Shown: positions 24,526 to 39,342, counted from the stretch's first letter. The stretch: 64,000 bases of DNA from Octopus bimaculoides (GCF_001194135.2 NC_068990.1:5760547-5824546); one strand, 5' to 3'. Program-made: numbers and translations. The notes: generated by a model from the letters alone, not told the origin.

Positions 24526-25190
24526 TATATATANNNNNNNNNNNNNNNNNNNNNNNNNNNNNNNNNNNNNNNNNNNNNNNNNNNNNNNNNNNNNNNNNNN
24601 NNNNNNNNNNNNNNNNNNNNNNNNNNNNNNNNNNNNNNNNNNNATATATATATATACATATATATATATAAAAGAGGTCTGAATACGCCACTATATAAAA
24701 TGAATTTTAATTTATAATTTTCTCAGAGATATTTAACGTGTCTCTGCTCTTGAAAAAACGAACCTTATCAAAAATACATATCACTCCCTATATAACATAG
24801 TGTATGGGAGTTGTTCTTGACTTCACGGCTATATATCGAAGCATAAATTTCTCCAACACAAGTTACCAATGAATACACAGCTCTGACAAACGCATGTGTG
24901 CATACATTTAGAATGATATAGAAAAAGTGAATGTTTTTTAAGTGAATGTTATTTAATGGTTGTCAATGTGAGTGTGTGCATGTGTATGTGTGTGTGTATG
25001 AGGATGCGCGTGCGTGTGTCTGTATTTGTGTATTCCTTGCTATTGATTGGAGAGTAGCAGTCAACAAACCATGGAATGGTCCGTCGTGGACGCCTCCCCC
25101 ACTCTTCTTTCCGTACATCAAAAGCATAGAAAGTGTGTATTTAATTTTTTGTGGATATATATCAGAGTCTATGTTGTCACACAGTTGTAG

Positions 25191-25325
25191 GAAGGAAACT
25201 TGGAGAGTGCTTGAAAAAATCAATCAAGATTATGAATCACTGATCCAAAAATGGGAAAGCTGCCTGTGGAGAGCAGGAAATATAAACCTGCAGGAGGCAA
25301 GCGGAAGGATCCCGGAGGAAACAAG
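25191..25325 (+). CDS. Candidate internal exon, 135 nt, phase 2 to 2: KETWRVLEKINQDYESLIQKWESCLWRAGNINLQEASGRIPEET
   Basis: Strong donor aag|gtaaat; moderate acceptor cacagttgtag|; one fully open frame. Alternative reading: first coding exon from ATG 25251 (MGKLPVESRKYKPAGGKRKDPGGNK). No homology recognised. Confidence 0.35.
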
Positions 25326-26049
25326 GTAAATGCTAGAGAAATGGGTGTCTATGTATAGGAACATTCCATATAATGTATTTAAGACGAGATTAGTCAATTT
25401 TTTGTTTGTTTTTATTAAATCAGTAGTATGGAAAATGAGGGAGATTTGGCTACTTTTCTAACAGTTCGATCAACCGCGCAGCGTTCTTATTTGTATCAGC
25501 TTTAAGTAGATGGATTTAAAAATGCAGATAGTTGTGTTGCTAATGTCAGCAAGTGATTGTGCTCTATCTGTCATCTGAAACCTTCTCAAATCCGCCCTAT
25601 TCGACTCTACATTCTGACAGACATATTTTTATCTGTTTATAATATTTATGAGAAATTCGTGGTAGGCATCGTTGTGCAAGCGATAAGATCTAAATGAAAT
25701 GAGATCATAACCTTTGGTTGAAGCTGTGTAGTAACAAACATGAATAAAGTAACAGAGTCTTATTTGTTGTGTGTTCGAAACTGTCCAGACATTATATTGT
25801 ATTTCTGGACAAAATATCTAACAAATTTTATTATCTGATCTTCCACAATTATACATTCTAGAGCCTACAGTCTCTGCAATTCATTGCATATAGACCAAAC
25901 TGGTCATCGTTTGAGTTAACGTTTCCAGGAACATCAATAACCTTACATTTGCAGACGGTACGTTGTTATTAACTTTTGGCAGAAATGACCCACAAAACTT
26001 GTAACTCCAGTAAAATGCAAGGTAATGTCCTTTAGAATGAGAATAGATG

Positions 26050-26545
26050 TAGAGAGAAAAAAATCAATGTGCTTCAAGGAACAACGGTCACCAATCTTCA
26101 AATTATAATTGAGAGGAAACCAACTGAACAGATATCGAGAATAAACTCCCTGGGAAATATACGGTAGAAATCAAAAGGATTCAAACCAGAAAAATAGGTT
26201 AATAAAATGCTAATTTGGTTCTGTTTTAATATATGGAGCTGAAATATAGCCATTAACAAAAATACTATCAAACAGATTACAAGTCTTCGAGGTGCGGATA
26301 TATGGAAGACGTTTGATAATATCATGGATAAGGCACGACTAATGATGACGTGGTAAAATACAGCAAAATCTAACAAGGTTTTATTAAGGTGACATGGAAG
26401 AAAACGGATTAAACAGATTGTGCAGTTAATTGGGGAAAAAATAATTTACAGAAAGTCTATAATTACAAGGCAAAATGAATGTGAAAACCTGGTGGGAAAA
26501 ACCAGATAATACATGGATGGATAAAATCAAGAATTAGACAAAATA
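26050..26545 (+). mobile_element. Decayed RTE-clade LINE, 3' fragment
   Basis: Translation with stops: LIWFCFNIYG-like/VLIYGAEI, RLQVFEVRIYGR, ISW, LQGKMN, in the order of RTE C-terminal motifs (VLLYG.E.W, EAFEM..YRR, ISW, ILEGKI). Confidence 0.65.
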
Positions 26546-26549
26546 CTGT

Positions 26550-26716
26550 GAATCGTTAGCAGCATCTCTTCTGTCTTTATGCACTAAGTTCAAATTTTAT
26601 CGAGGTCGACTTTGCCTTTCATCCTTTCGGAGTCGATAAATTAAGTACTGGGGTCGATCTAATCGACTGGCTCCCTCTCTAAAAATTTCAGGCTGTGCCT
26701 AGAGTAGAAAAAGATA
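26550..26716 (+). mobile_element. SINE family A copy
   Basis: gaggtcgactttgcctttcatcctttcggagtcgataaattaagtactggggtcgatctaatcgact core. Confidence 0.9.
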
Positions 26717-26761
26717 TAAGTACCAGTTGATCACTGGGAGATAAATATGACTGACCCCTTC

Positions 26762-26845
<84 letters not shown>

Positions 26846-27436
26846 GGAAAATGCATACGCACATAAGAATACACATCATAGAAGAGCAGAATGGAGTAAT
26901 GCAGCAAGGGCAAACACGAAAACGAAAAGTGTTGCTGAAGAGGTTACAGATGTGGGACGAAAGATTTCCGAATAATGAACATGAGTCAAAATAAGAACAG
27001 TAATAGACGAGTGAAGAACAAATATATAGTGCGTGTGTTTAGTTGGCAAAAACAGAAAATGACCGTCCCAAAATACAGCAATATCTGTTTCAACACACGA
27101 TTTCACATCAGGAATCTTGCAACACAAATTGATAAACATATATATAAATGTGTGTGTGTGTACATATATAAATGTATATATATATACTGTATATATATAT
27201 ATAATTGTAACATTTTACATATATTTTTATTTTTATTCTCTTATTTCCCTTTATACATCCTATATCCATCCTTTTCCAAAATAACTTCTTATGTTGAACT
27301 CTACTATTTCCCTCTAGTTAACTCTCTAATATCGTCTCTAATAAAGCGATATCCCTAATATCCCAGAAACAGTTTTCTCTTTAAAAGCCTGCTAGAAATT
27401 CCACACAGCCTAGGCTTTGTTGTCTCATTTTATTTA

Positions 27437-27514
<78 letters not shown>

Positions 27515-27532
27515 TANNNNNNNNNNNNNNNN

Positions 27533-27577
<45 letters not shown>

Positions 27578-28184
27578 TAAATTTAAATCTCGTTATGGCA
27601 GATTTTAAATTACACTTCATGCACAATCGATGAAATAATCACACGATGTCATCGACCTTACACGTCTCATACAAAAATTGGCCTGGTTTCTAATTGAAAA
27701 ACCAATTTGTCAGAGAAAAGGTTCAATAACACGGCTGGCATGTGAGAGTATTGAATCACATTTTACAAAGTTTAATTGCTTTGACCTTATAAGTTATTAG
27801 TTTAAAATCTCGCTGGAATTGATTACAGAAGCACTAGTAATATACTGGAGTTTAGGGGTCGGCGGCGGTTATCGTTTATATAAATATTATGAGGAATAAC
27901 TTTTATTTATGACGATACTATTCGACGTCGATGTTCCTGCATAGTGGCAGTCAAATGGTTGACACCAGTTAAAAAGTAAACAAGCTTCATTAGCATATCC
28001 ACTGCTACGTATTCAAGAAGAACGTGAGCTTCTATATGGTCATTTATCTGCATGAAATAACAGCCAAATCCTCCTAAAACCATATTCTATCATCTTAACA
28101 AAGGAAGGATACATTCAGTGATATAGTTCTTAGACTTATGTCTTAGCTCAAACACGAACCTACAAGTTCAACTGATCGAAAGGA

Positions 28185-28398
28185 CAATATTCACTGCATT
28201 CGGCAGAAGAACAGTCCGTCGCAAGGTTAACTCAACACTCACTATTTACAGCTGTAACCATTACCTATTTTCAGACGAATGAGCCTGAGCAATGTTAAAC
28301 GAAGTGTTTTGTTTAAGATTTAGCGCGCCGCCTACTCTGGAAACCGAAACAACGAACCATTCTCATCGTGATATAAAATCCCAACCGGTAGGCTACGC
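28185..28398 (-). mobile_element. SINE family D copy, degenerate
   Basis: Minus strand: gcgtagcct..gtttcggtttcc..aacaaaacacttcgtttaacattgctc..cttgcgacggact. Confidence 0.6.
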
Positions 28399-28577
28399 AA
28401 ATAATAACTAGAATGTTCTAGTTAATTTGAAAGGAAGGGGTGGTACACATGTAGGGTTTATTGGATCCTATCACTACAAGATCAGAGCTGACAGGGTCTA
28501 TACAAGATTAACAACAGCAAAAAACGATACTTTCAAATGATCTGAAACAGGGCAAGTTCTGTATATTATTTAATTCT

Positions 28578-28800
28578 TGGCCTAGTAGCTAGATTTTAGG
28601 GCTCAGTTCGTGGGTTCGATTCCTATACCGGGACGTGTGTTGTCCCCTTGAGCAAGACAATTAATTTCATGCTGATTGTCCCATACTACTCAGATGAAAA
28701 TGACTGCTATACCAGAGCTGGAGCTCTTTTCTCTCATTTATGCAGACATCATCCTGACACTTTCATTGGGCCCAGGTTAGGAGGGCAAAGAGAATATCTA
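28578..28800 (+). mobile_element. SINE family D (tRNA-derived head)
   Basis: A-box-like tggcctagtag at 28578, perfect B-box ggttcgattcc at 28613-28623, core tgttgtccccttgagcaagaca..tttcatgctg. Confidence 0.75.
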
Positions 28801-30897
28801 TGTGCCTTACACACAGCTGTATAAGCATTTAAAGCAATTAACAAACACAGGTGATTCATGTTACTGAATCATATACACCATTAACAGCTATGCTAACTCT
28901 CTTTCATATTCCAAACACTTTTATGTTGGTGTTACATTGTCTTATACGTTACTGCTTTTGTATTGTACGTCGTGAAGTTATGAGAGACAACTAATATCAA
29001 GTTGAGTGAGCAACGTGCGCTTATTTTTTGTTTATTCAGAGATAGGAGATGAAACGCCTATGACATATTTCCATGTTTCTTGGACTGGTTGAAAGAAGTT
29101 ATTCTCAAGGTAATGACTTGACCCGAATGCACCCGAACGCATATAGCAGAATGAAAATCAGTTACGGCATTCAATGCTCAGGTGATTTTACTACCCAAGA
29201 AAAAGGTTTCCTCCGAATAGGTTCCAGACGGTTTTTGTCTAACACATATCACTCACAACGCTTTAGTAGACTTGAGTCTGTACAGACGACATTTGCTGAG
29301 GTTATACACTGAGAGATTGCACCCAAAACAATATATTCTCTAGGTGAACTTTTTAACTACACAGCTATGATTGCCTCTAGTCGTAAGTGAATATAAAAGA
29401 GTAGATGCTCAATTAGTAGGGTTACACGCCATTTTCTGAGACACTAATGAACCCTGTCTTTGGCACTTGAGTTGTGATATGTTCATGATATATGTATGTA
29501 ACTTATAACGGTTGGAATCACCAAAGTTTAGGTCAGTATCTTGTGGTGCTAAAGCTCTGTGCTGTAACTGATGTCTTTATTTTCGTAGTGACGTTTATTA
29601 AATTAGCTTGTAATGCCGGGGTTAATATTTCCTAGAAATTAAGAAAAGGCAATTAAAACCCCTTGCAGTGTACACATGTATGGCATTATTACATGAACTC
29701 AACTTCATGGCTGTTCATTATCGATATAATTAGAAGATAGATCACTATTATCGGTATGTAAGGAACCACTTCTGTTTTCCTCTCTATTTTCTGTATTATT
29801 TATAGTGAAGAGATAAACGGATTAATGTGTAAAATTATTTTCTCTGCGTACAATATGTTAGGTATGTAATGTACAGGAACATGAAAGCATTCGTTATTCA
29901 TGTTTTCCAAGGATATTAGTAATGCGTATGAACGAAATCATTGTAAATGAGCTATTAACAGTAAACTCTGCTCACGACAACCATATCTGTTATTCTATCA
30001 CATTGACTACTGTGGATTAATATTAAATGAGATATGAGTTTAGATTATGCCAGGGCTAATTCTGCTTTACATCATTTTGGGGTCGATAAAATTAGAATTA
30101 TACTGGTGTCGCTACAGTCCTCTTTCACTCTCCCTACTTTAATTGGCCTTTTGCCCAAATAAAAAAAAGTCAATATTAATCGATTTAATCGCAAATTATT
30201 AAATTACTGTAAACATTATTATTATTCAAGAGAGGAAAATGCATTAGCTACACAAGAACGATACTAGACATCTGCAGCTGAAAAAATATACACCCTTGAA
30301 GTCACACAATAAATAAACTGCCCTTTTTTTAATCTTGTAATTAAATCGATATATGTCATCTTGATATAAATTGAAGTTGCAGTTGTTAAGTGCCCAATGC
30401 ACTATTGATTATCTTCAAAGATTTAAATTTCTTTTTAGTTTAAATTTTTTAATATTCGGATAAGTAGAATAGGTCTTGTATGAATTCATATTTACATACA
30501 GCTGGTGCAATTTGTGCTATGCCTAGATTTATTCATTCTGCAAGCCACTTAAGTCCGGGCTACACTTAGGGTGGTAGATTTAATCTGTCACCTAGTTTTA
30601 CATCACTACTTGGCTTTTTACTCTTTAGATGTCTTTCGTATAGTCTTTTCTGTCGCAAACACGCAAACGAGTTAAATGGTGTGAGGTTGTCTCATCAGTT
30701 GCGGTTGGTTTTTCGTCCGCTGTGCTCCGCAATTGTCGAATTTCTCGCAAAAAGATTATGGAAACAATCTTCTTGATTTAATCACTAAAAATATAAGGAA
30801 TTCGAAGAAAAACTAACTGAGACGTACACAGAAGATGTGTAAAGATATGCAACTTACGTTGAGGTATAAAGTGAAATAAAATATTGATGTCAAATTG

Positions 30898-31108
30898 TGG
30901 CAGAAGGACAGCAGGTTTGGGGGAGAGAGGGGAGGGACTAAGCCGATTACATCGACCCCAGTGTTCAGCTGGTACTTATTTTATCGATCTCGAAAAGAGG
31001 GGAAGCAAAGCCGACCTCCACGGAATCTGAATTCAGAACATAAAAACAGATGAATGGCTGCTAAGTATTTTGACCGCTGTGTTAACGAATCTTCCAGCTT
31101 GCTGCCTT
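30898..31108 (-). mobile_element. SINE family A copy, near full length
   Basis: Reverse complement: ggcagcaagctggaagattcgttaacac..tcgataaaataagtaccagctgaacactggggtcgatgtaatcgg. Confidence 0.9.
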
Positions 31109-31797
31109 CAAAGTGAAATTTTAAAAAAAACTAGCCGTGACATTGTGTAAAAAGTTACGTGAATTCATATATAAATATATACGTCAGATAATGCAAGAAA
31201 AAAGAAAACAATAATTATTTTAGCATAAATATAAATGCCAGTAGTAAAATTAGAGGCCATACAGCGTGGACTAAATTCTTGTTATCGGCCCATCTCTTTT
31301 TATACCAAAATATCTTTGAAGACAAAATTTCTTTTTATTATTTATCACTATATAATTGCATAGGAGCATTAGTAATCTTCCTATTTCTGATATTTCACAC
31401 ATACAATTATTTCCAACGAAGATATTTTTCTTCAGCAAATCATGACCCTAGTGAACTTTCTTTCAATGGCGGGTCATTCCGTAAATAAATATGTTTCACC
31501 GTCATAACATAAGTAATATGTATAATTTCCCCACTGATAAAGTTAAACATTCAGAGGCAATATTTGATTAACTTTGATTTCATTGGTTCTAAGGTCAAGC
31601 TTCATATTGATAAGGTTATCTTGGAGCATATGATTCAAAATATAGGTTTCGAATTTCATTCACAAGTAGTTCCTAAAGAGATACCGTAAGAGCTATAGAG
31701 TAAGAAAATTATGTGCGCGCTCGTGTATGCGTGTGTGCATGCGTATACGTGTGTGCCTGTGTATGTGTACTCCTGTGCGTGTGTGTATATATGCAAA

Positions 31798-31832
<35 letters not shown>

Positions 31833-32584
31833 CCTTCCTATCAATTACTTTAAGTTATTTCTATGTACATTGAGCAATTGCTGTAATATTTATTGGTGTT
31901 TGAACAGTCAAATAAGTATATAGAGGTCACTAGACGTAATATATATTTTCCTGTCCAAATTCAGAACTTATTCAAACATGAAATAAAGATAAATTTGCAA
32001 ATCATGTGAAATTCAAAGAAAATTCATTTTTTAAATATATATGGAAATATACTTTGCGACTAGCATTAAGATATCTTAGCTGTACATTTCTTGTCCAACT
32101 AATTTAAATTCCTTAGCATTGCAAAGCCTACTCTAGGTATATATATCCAATATAAAATTTAAACATGGTACTGTGTGCTACCGAAATATCGTTTCTGCGC
32201 CTTCACAGAATACAGGAATACATTTCTACCTTCATATACCATCTTGTTATGACCTACACATCTACCAGGTTACTTGACCTGTCTCAAATAGCAGTCAAAA
32301 ATTCTTCATATGACTTAAAGTTTCTTTTATTTTTAAGAGAGTGCAGAGTAGTTTCAGAAACATTTGACTGTTAATTCTACCTCATCAAACGTGCACTTAG
32401 AATTCCCTTCATTGGCTGTTGGTTGTTCTATGAGGAACATTCAAGAGATCGGTAAACTGAACTTTCTTGTTAAATCGAAGCCTTAGTGGTTGAGTATTCC
32501 AGTGACGCATGTATCAAAATCCTGAGGCCAAATAGGCATGGCACGATATATATATTAACTTTGTACACGTGAATCATTAACCAA

Positions 32585-32735
32585 TGCATCTGACAGGCTT
32601 CCACACAGTTTCCTTCGAACCAATTTTATTCATTAGGATTGGGTCAGCTCGAGACTGTGGTAAAAGATATTTCTCCCAGATGTCACGAAAAGGAATCAAA
32701 CCTGCAGACTTATAGTTGTGGAGTGAACTTCTAAA
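32585..32735 (-). mobile_element. SINE family B variant
   Basis: Minus strand: gtttgattcc..gtcacat-like core ending ggaaactgtgtggaagcctgtcagatgc. Confidence 0.6.
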
Positions 32736-32769
32736 AGACTAGGACAAAATCACATTCGATAAGTTAGCC

Positions 32770-32872
32770 CGGAGGAAGTTGTCTGAATATAAATTGGGAT
32801 GGTCATGGCCAGAGAGCCTTTGATCATACGCATGCTCGACAAAACTAATTTTAGACTAAACAACATCAACAA
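32770..32872 (+). mobile_element. Repeat family E, 3' part with an (AAC)n-like tail
   Basis: gggatggtca.gg..gcctttgatcata..gactaaacaacatcaacaac; similar to 54490-54650. Confidence 0.55.
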
Positions 32873-33995
32873 CGTTCTCAAAGCTTCAGTCATTTCAACT
32901 AGAAATATTTTAACCATGCAAAAATGTGTAAGTATCTCAGACATCTTCCACGAAGTTATAATACATCATCGAAGGATTTATCATTACATGCAGATTCTGT
33001 TTGAGGTTGGATCAATTAAATATCGCTTCAATATATTTGACGGAACATACAATCAATACATTGATATTGATTTTTAACTGGTTCATTCCTTTTGATCATG
33101 AGAGTGTTTCATCTTTGCCGTATATTATATTTTTTACTATTAGAAAGCATGCTTTATTGGGAATTTGGTGATGTTTGATGTACCTGTAATTTTAGGAGCG
33201 ATATCTGCCTTGCTATCGAGGAATATGGCTATTATTATGTCGGTCATGGTAGTAGATTGATATAAGCGGTGAAGTAATAACAGCATGTCATGCAACATTT
33301 AGTTTCGCCGCCTCAATTCCTGTGTTCAAATCTCGCTAAAGTCGAAAAAATAAGTAAAAACCAGTCAATTTCTACAGTCCTTTTCATTGACTATTTCCTT
33401 CCACTTTTGTGCAAACGTTTACCAGCCATATAAAATATGTTCTAACACAGCACTTTTGACTAATCTGGATATGAAACGAAGGATTTCCTTACGTTTTCCT
33501 TATGAACTTCTTCACTATTGATGATTTAATATCCTTTATACATACAGAATCCGAGGTTTCTGATTATTTTGTTTCAGTTTCATTTTACTGCATGGCTTTG
33601 CTATCGTCTTTCTTATCAAATTAGCTACTTTTGCTATAAATTTCCCTCTCTATTCCTTATTTTGAACGTTTTCTTTTTATTATACTCGCGTTATTTTCTT
33701 TTCGTTTCATTTGGGGTTTTTACTGTTCTCCATAAATATCTTTCTTTTAGATTCGCATCCTGAAAAATGATTACTGTATATCGCTTATCAGAGATTAGAT
33801 TCCTCTACAACTTTCTATCTGTTGATTTATCTATGCTTTCTTTAATATATGATACCTTAGATGAACTAATGTGCAGTGCTAATTATGTTTCTTTATTATC
33901 TTATGTGTGAAAATGTAGTTCATGTATTAATTAAAATAACAGCTCCAATTAATGATATAGAAATAATCGTAAAGAGTGTTATGTCACAACATATG

Positions 33996-34051
<56 letters not shown>

Positions 34052-35255
34052 CACGCGCACACACACACACATATACATATTTATATACACACACACTGTT
34101 GCATTCATAGCTGTTCATTTATATATTACATATAAACAGGATCGTGTATACATTTATGTATGTGGTTGAAACTAAAATGAACGAAGGGAAATAAGTCACG
34201 TAACTCAATGGCATGAATTTAGACACATAAGTTAAGGGTTGACGTACCGACTGACATACGCAGCAAAACGTAATGATTGAAATTTCCACTTTCGTTGGAG
34301 AAAGAAAATACCAAGATGGCGGCAATTGTTAGTGACTCTCCTAGAAAAGAGGAGATAGATTCGAACGATGGATGTTTGATCTCGCACAGCTAGTTTACAT
34401 TACCGAATTAGAAGAACATCTAGAATCACATGTTTGCTTGTAATCTGGTGACTGATATGGATATGTCCTGGTCATATTCAATCTCATCAATACAGCATAC
34501 TCTGCTGAATTTCGCTATGGCCTATTGATAGAGGTTGTTACTTACAGCAAAAGAGATATGAAGAGATTTGAGCAGCAATAATTTGCATAATTAAAAAATC
34601 CTTCAAGGGGAATAACTCAAATAAGCAAATGGCGTGCACAGACAATTTAGACGGTAATGTATGGTAGACAAAAATTCATAAATCTAAATTTCCTTTTTAG
34701 ATAGAGGAAGACAGTAAAATACTAACTGTAGGTGAAAGAAAATAAAGAAAAGGGGAGATGATATCAAAATTATTTTGTATACTTGAGTGAAATCTGATGT
34801 TTGTTTGCAAGCCAGGTTGGGGGGGGGGGGGCAACTATCGGTATTTTCAGACTTATCTCCTCTCATAAAGATATTGCAACTATAAAATTGTAGATGAATC
34901 CAGCAAGAGGCACTATAACAGAAATTTGCTGTGAATGTTTGAGATATCATTTAACTTTGTCGATATCGTTGTTATTAATATTGTTGTTGTGATTGTTCTT
35001 ATTGATATTCCTCACGATATTGTGATTGATATTATTGCTGTTGTTGATTTTCTTGTTGTAATGTATAAGATTAGCAATGATTAATGAAACGTATTTGATC
35101 AAAAGTATTTACAAGCCGAGACAATATCGTTTTCCTTTATCTTATTACTTTTTTCTTACATTTCAGTTAGCGTATATCACAAGCATAACATTTTCTTGAA
35201 TACACAAAACCTGAAATATGAAAAAGAAGGATGTTTTAATATAGCAGGTTGCGAA

Positions 35256-35770
35256 AGGCGGCGAGCTGGCAGAATCGTGAGAACGCAGGGTAAAATGCTT
35301 AGCGGCATATCCTCTGTCATTACGTTTTGAGTTCAAATTCCACGGCGCTCGACGTTGCTTTTCATCTTTTCGCGGTTGATAAAATAAGTACCAATCGAGC
35401 ACTGAAGGTCGATGTAATGGACTTAAATGCTCACCCGAATTCATTGGCCTTGTAGTAAAATGTGTGTTAAGGTGCTGATCTGGCAGCATCGTCAGCACGC
35501 CGAACAAAATATAATACTTTGTGGTATTTCGTCCATCTTTACGTACTGAGTTCAAATTCCACCCAGGTCGACTTTACCGTTCATCCTTTTGCGGTCGATA
35601 AAATAAGTACCAGCTCAGAACTTAGGTCGATATAATCGACTTACACCTGAAATTTCTTTTATTTATAGAGTAGAAACAAACAGATCAATGTCTAAAATAT
35701 TTTCTAGGGGTCGATGTAATCAACTTAACCTCTACACAGAAATTGTTCAAAAATTTGAAACTAATATGAT
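35256..35770 (+). mobile_element. Tandem cluster of SINE family A (35256-35460, 35468-35675, fragment 35705-35770)
   Basis: ggcggcgagctggcagaatcg head, gagttcaaattcc and gataaaataagtacca motifs repeated. Confidence 0.9.
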
Positions 35771-36408
35771 TGAATAGAGAACTGACTGTTATTTCTAGCA
35801 GTTGGGCCGAAGAAAATGTTAGATACTTCTTCTTTGGCCCTACAGCATGTGGTGTAATGAATGAACATGCAGATTTCTGTGTAACTTAATTACATAAAGG
35901 ATAGATACGTCTCTGTTCATTACAGGAGGCATAAAATAAATATAAAAATATGCAAATAAGCCTTATATAAGGAGACAAACAAAACCCATGAAGTTGTGTG
36001 GAAAAAATCATCAAAATAAAGAAATTAGTTAGTCTTCCTGTTAATGAAACCTCCCACTATGACAGTATGAAATATCACGCTGCCAACGGCTATGCCATTA
36101 ATAAAGAGATGAATCATGCAAAATGATAGAACCTGAAGTTTTAGGGGTGCTTTTCTGTTTTTTTTCTTTTTTTTACTATTGTATCTGTGAGATACAATGT
36201 AGCTATAGGTGCAGCTATCTAACTAGCTACTGATAGCTATCTGCCTATCTGTTCTACCTCTGTCCCACTGAAGCGCTCAATTGCTTTCCTATCTTTCGTA
36301 CATCCCCCACATCTCTCGCTCTCCCTCTCATTCTCTCTCTCTCTTTCCCTCATTCTTTCTCTCTTCCCCTCTCTCGCTATAAATGTATGTGTATGTGAGT
36401 GCGTATAA

Positions 36409-36439
<31 letters not shown>

Positions 36440-36993
36440 NNNNNNNNNNNNNNNNNNNNNNNNNNNNNNNNNNNNNNNNNNNNNNNNNNNNNNNNNNNNN
36501 NNNNNNNNNNNNNNNNNNNNNNNNNNNNNNNNNNNNNNNNNNNNNNNNNNNNNNNNNNNNNNNNNNNNNNNNNNNNNNNNNNNNNNNNNNNNNNNNNNNN
36601 NNNNNNNNNNNNNNNNNNNNNNNNNNNNNNNNNNNNNNNNNNNNNNNNNNNNNNNNNNNNNNNNNNNNNNNNNNNNNNNNNNNNNNNNNNNNNNNNNNNN
36701 NNNNNNNNNNNNNNNNNNNNNNNNNNNNNNNNNNNNNNNNNNNNNNNNNNNNNNNNNNNNNNNNNNNNNNNNNNNNNNNNNNNNNNNNNNNNNNNNNNNN
36801 NNNNNNNNNNNNNNNNNNNNNNNNNNNNNNNNNNNNNNNNNNNNNNNNNNNNNNNNNNNNNNNNNNNNNNNNNNNNNNNNNNNNNNNNNNNNNNNNNNNN
36901 NNNNNNNNNNNNNNNNNNNNNNNNNNNNNNNNNNNNNNNNNNNNNNNNNNNNNNNNNNNNNNNNNNNNNNNNNNNNNNNNNNNNNNNNNNNNN

Positions 36994-37055
<62 letters not shown>

Positions 37056-37639
37056 TGTGCGTGCATAAACTTATCTGCATGTGTATATATGTGCATATAT
37101 ATGTATTTGAATATAATATATATCACACGTATATGCATGAATGCATATATGTATATAAATATGTTTATATGTAGAAAGAGTGAGAGATACACATTTAGGT
37201 AACTGTGTGCGTGTGTGTGAGTATGTATGTATGTATGTATGTATGTATGTGTGCGCGTTTGTGTGTGATATCCTTTCACGTATCGGAGTTCATTAAATAA
37301 CCACCTTGGTGGTTTGGGCTGACACTATTCAATTTCGTATCATTCATTTTTACGAAGCAGACTCTATGAGGCAATGCACGTAAATCCAAATAACATGCAC
37401 ACATAAAGGAAATGAATACAATTGCAAAGCATGTATGCGATTGATTCGGAAGGATGTGTTGGTGTGGCTCAGGATAAGAGCGATTATTTATTCATTTATT
37501 TATTTGCTTGTATATTTATTTCAGCATTTTGTTTTGTCTTATTTTTTTAAATATTTTTCGTTGTTGATCTTCTTGAAATCGAATTTGGAGTATAAATCGA
37601 GTATAAAATATATGCATACAACTTAATGATTATAAGAAT

Positions 37640-37729
37640 TATCGATACAGGTTGAGTGTATACACACACACACGCACACACATACACATAACCACATATA
37701 TATACACATTGCAATCGTGTACATACATA

Positions 37730-37793
<64 letters not shown>

Positions 37794-38014
37794 ATATATA
37801 TATGTATGTATATCTACACCTACACACACATATATATATATATATACCGACATTCATACATACATGCATACATACATATATATATACACATAGATATACA
37901 TATATATAAGTTTATGTATGCATATATATATGTATGTATATGTGTATATGTATGTATATGTATATATATGTATATATGTACGTATGTATGTATATACACA
38001 CACACACACATATA

Positions 38015-38060
<46 letters not shown>
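37640..38060. repeat. Cryptic TA/TG/CA dinucleotide simple-sequence tract
   Basis: Read directly from the sequence; a similar tract lies at 50701-51040. Confidence 0.9.
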
Positions 38061-38066
<6 letters not shown>

Positions 38067-38414
38067 AGCGGGTGTAGACATAATGGACATATTGCTCAAG
38101 TGTTTTGCTTCTGCTATTTGTCTGTCGAATCCCAGGCAACGTTTATGTTATTAACGCTGTTGAATCTACCTGATGGTATGTACTGCCCAGGTGTCGAAAT
38201 CATTGTAATATCCATTAGGCTGCTGATGAAAAGAATAGTGTTTGACCTGCTCGTTGCCTCTATGTGTGTGTGCGTTTACGTATGTGTGTTATAGGTATAT
38301 ATATCTATGCGCACTCTACTGCTATCCCTTCCCTGTCTGTCTCTCTCCCTCTCTTGTTCTTCCTTTCTCTTTTTCTCTCCCACCCTTTCCCTGTTCTTCT
38401 CTCCTTTTCACCGT

Positions 38415-38476
<62 letters not shown>

Positions 38477-39342
38477 CTTGGCTCTTTCGTCGCTTACACG
38501 TGACGAAAGATGATCTCTCTTTCTGTTTACTGCCTTTGTCAAAAACCCATTGGAGTGCTAAGTTTTAAAATTTTGTTACAGTACATTTTGAGTTAAACAT
38601 TTATTGTGCTTGGATTAACAATTTATCATTTAGAACCTTGATAAGAATAAACTCTGGTGATATACTAGGACTAAAATTCCTATGACTACACCATATTATC
38701 TGCTAAAATATGAAATCAGCACGTATGTAGCGAAATTTTAATTTTCTTACACAAATAAACTCCAGTACAGTCAGAGACTCAGACATGTACACATACGCAT
38801 ACACGTATATAACTATGGCTTTCATCGAAAAGTGCACAAATACATATAAACACGTCTGGAGGAACAACTTATTCATAATTAATCCATACAAATTTTCAAA
38901 ACATCAACGTAAGAAAAAACGAAAACAAAGCTGAGTGCAGGCCAAACGTTTTCATCATGTTATCACACAGAAACACTTTGGAATTAAACTAAATTACAAG
39001 GAAACTTCAATAAATATTAAGATTTGATGGAATTTCTGGCACGAGTCATCTAAGCTATGGGGATATTTTGGGAAAATATTTGGGCAGAGTTCCCATTAAA
39101 GTGCATCAGTACATTTTGACGAAGAGGCTATTGATTTTCAAGTACAAAACAGTATTAGTGCAATAAACAGAGAATGGAAGACCTTGAGCGTATCTGCAAA
39201 TATGTTTCCTTATAACATCTGCAAGAAAATAATAACAGAGAAATATCGATAAGTGAAGATCATGTGTGAATATAAATGTTCTCAAACGTACGTATATTAT
39301 AATCACACACACACACATACCTACATACATATACATACATAC

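Noticed and set aside
26930-26975. CTGAAGAG..CGAAA spacing resembling a hammerhead
   Set aside because: Helix II does not pair convincingly and helix III is neither a stem nor a palindrome.
29040-29109. Exon candidate with a strong acceptor and donor
   Set aside because: All three frames contain stops. It could only be non-coding or a first coding exon, and nothing else supports it.
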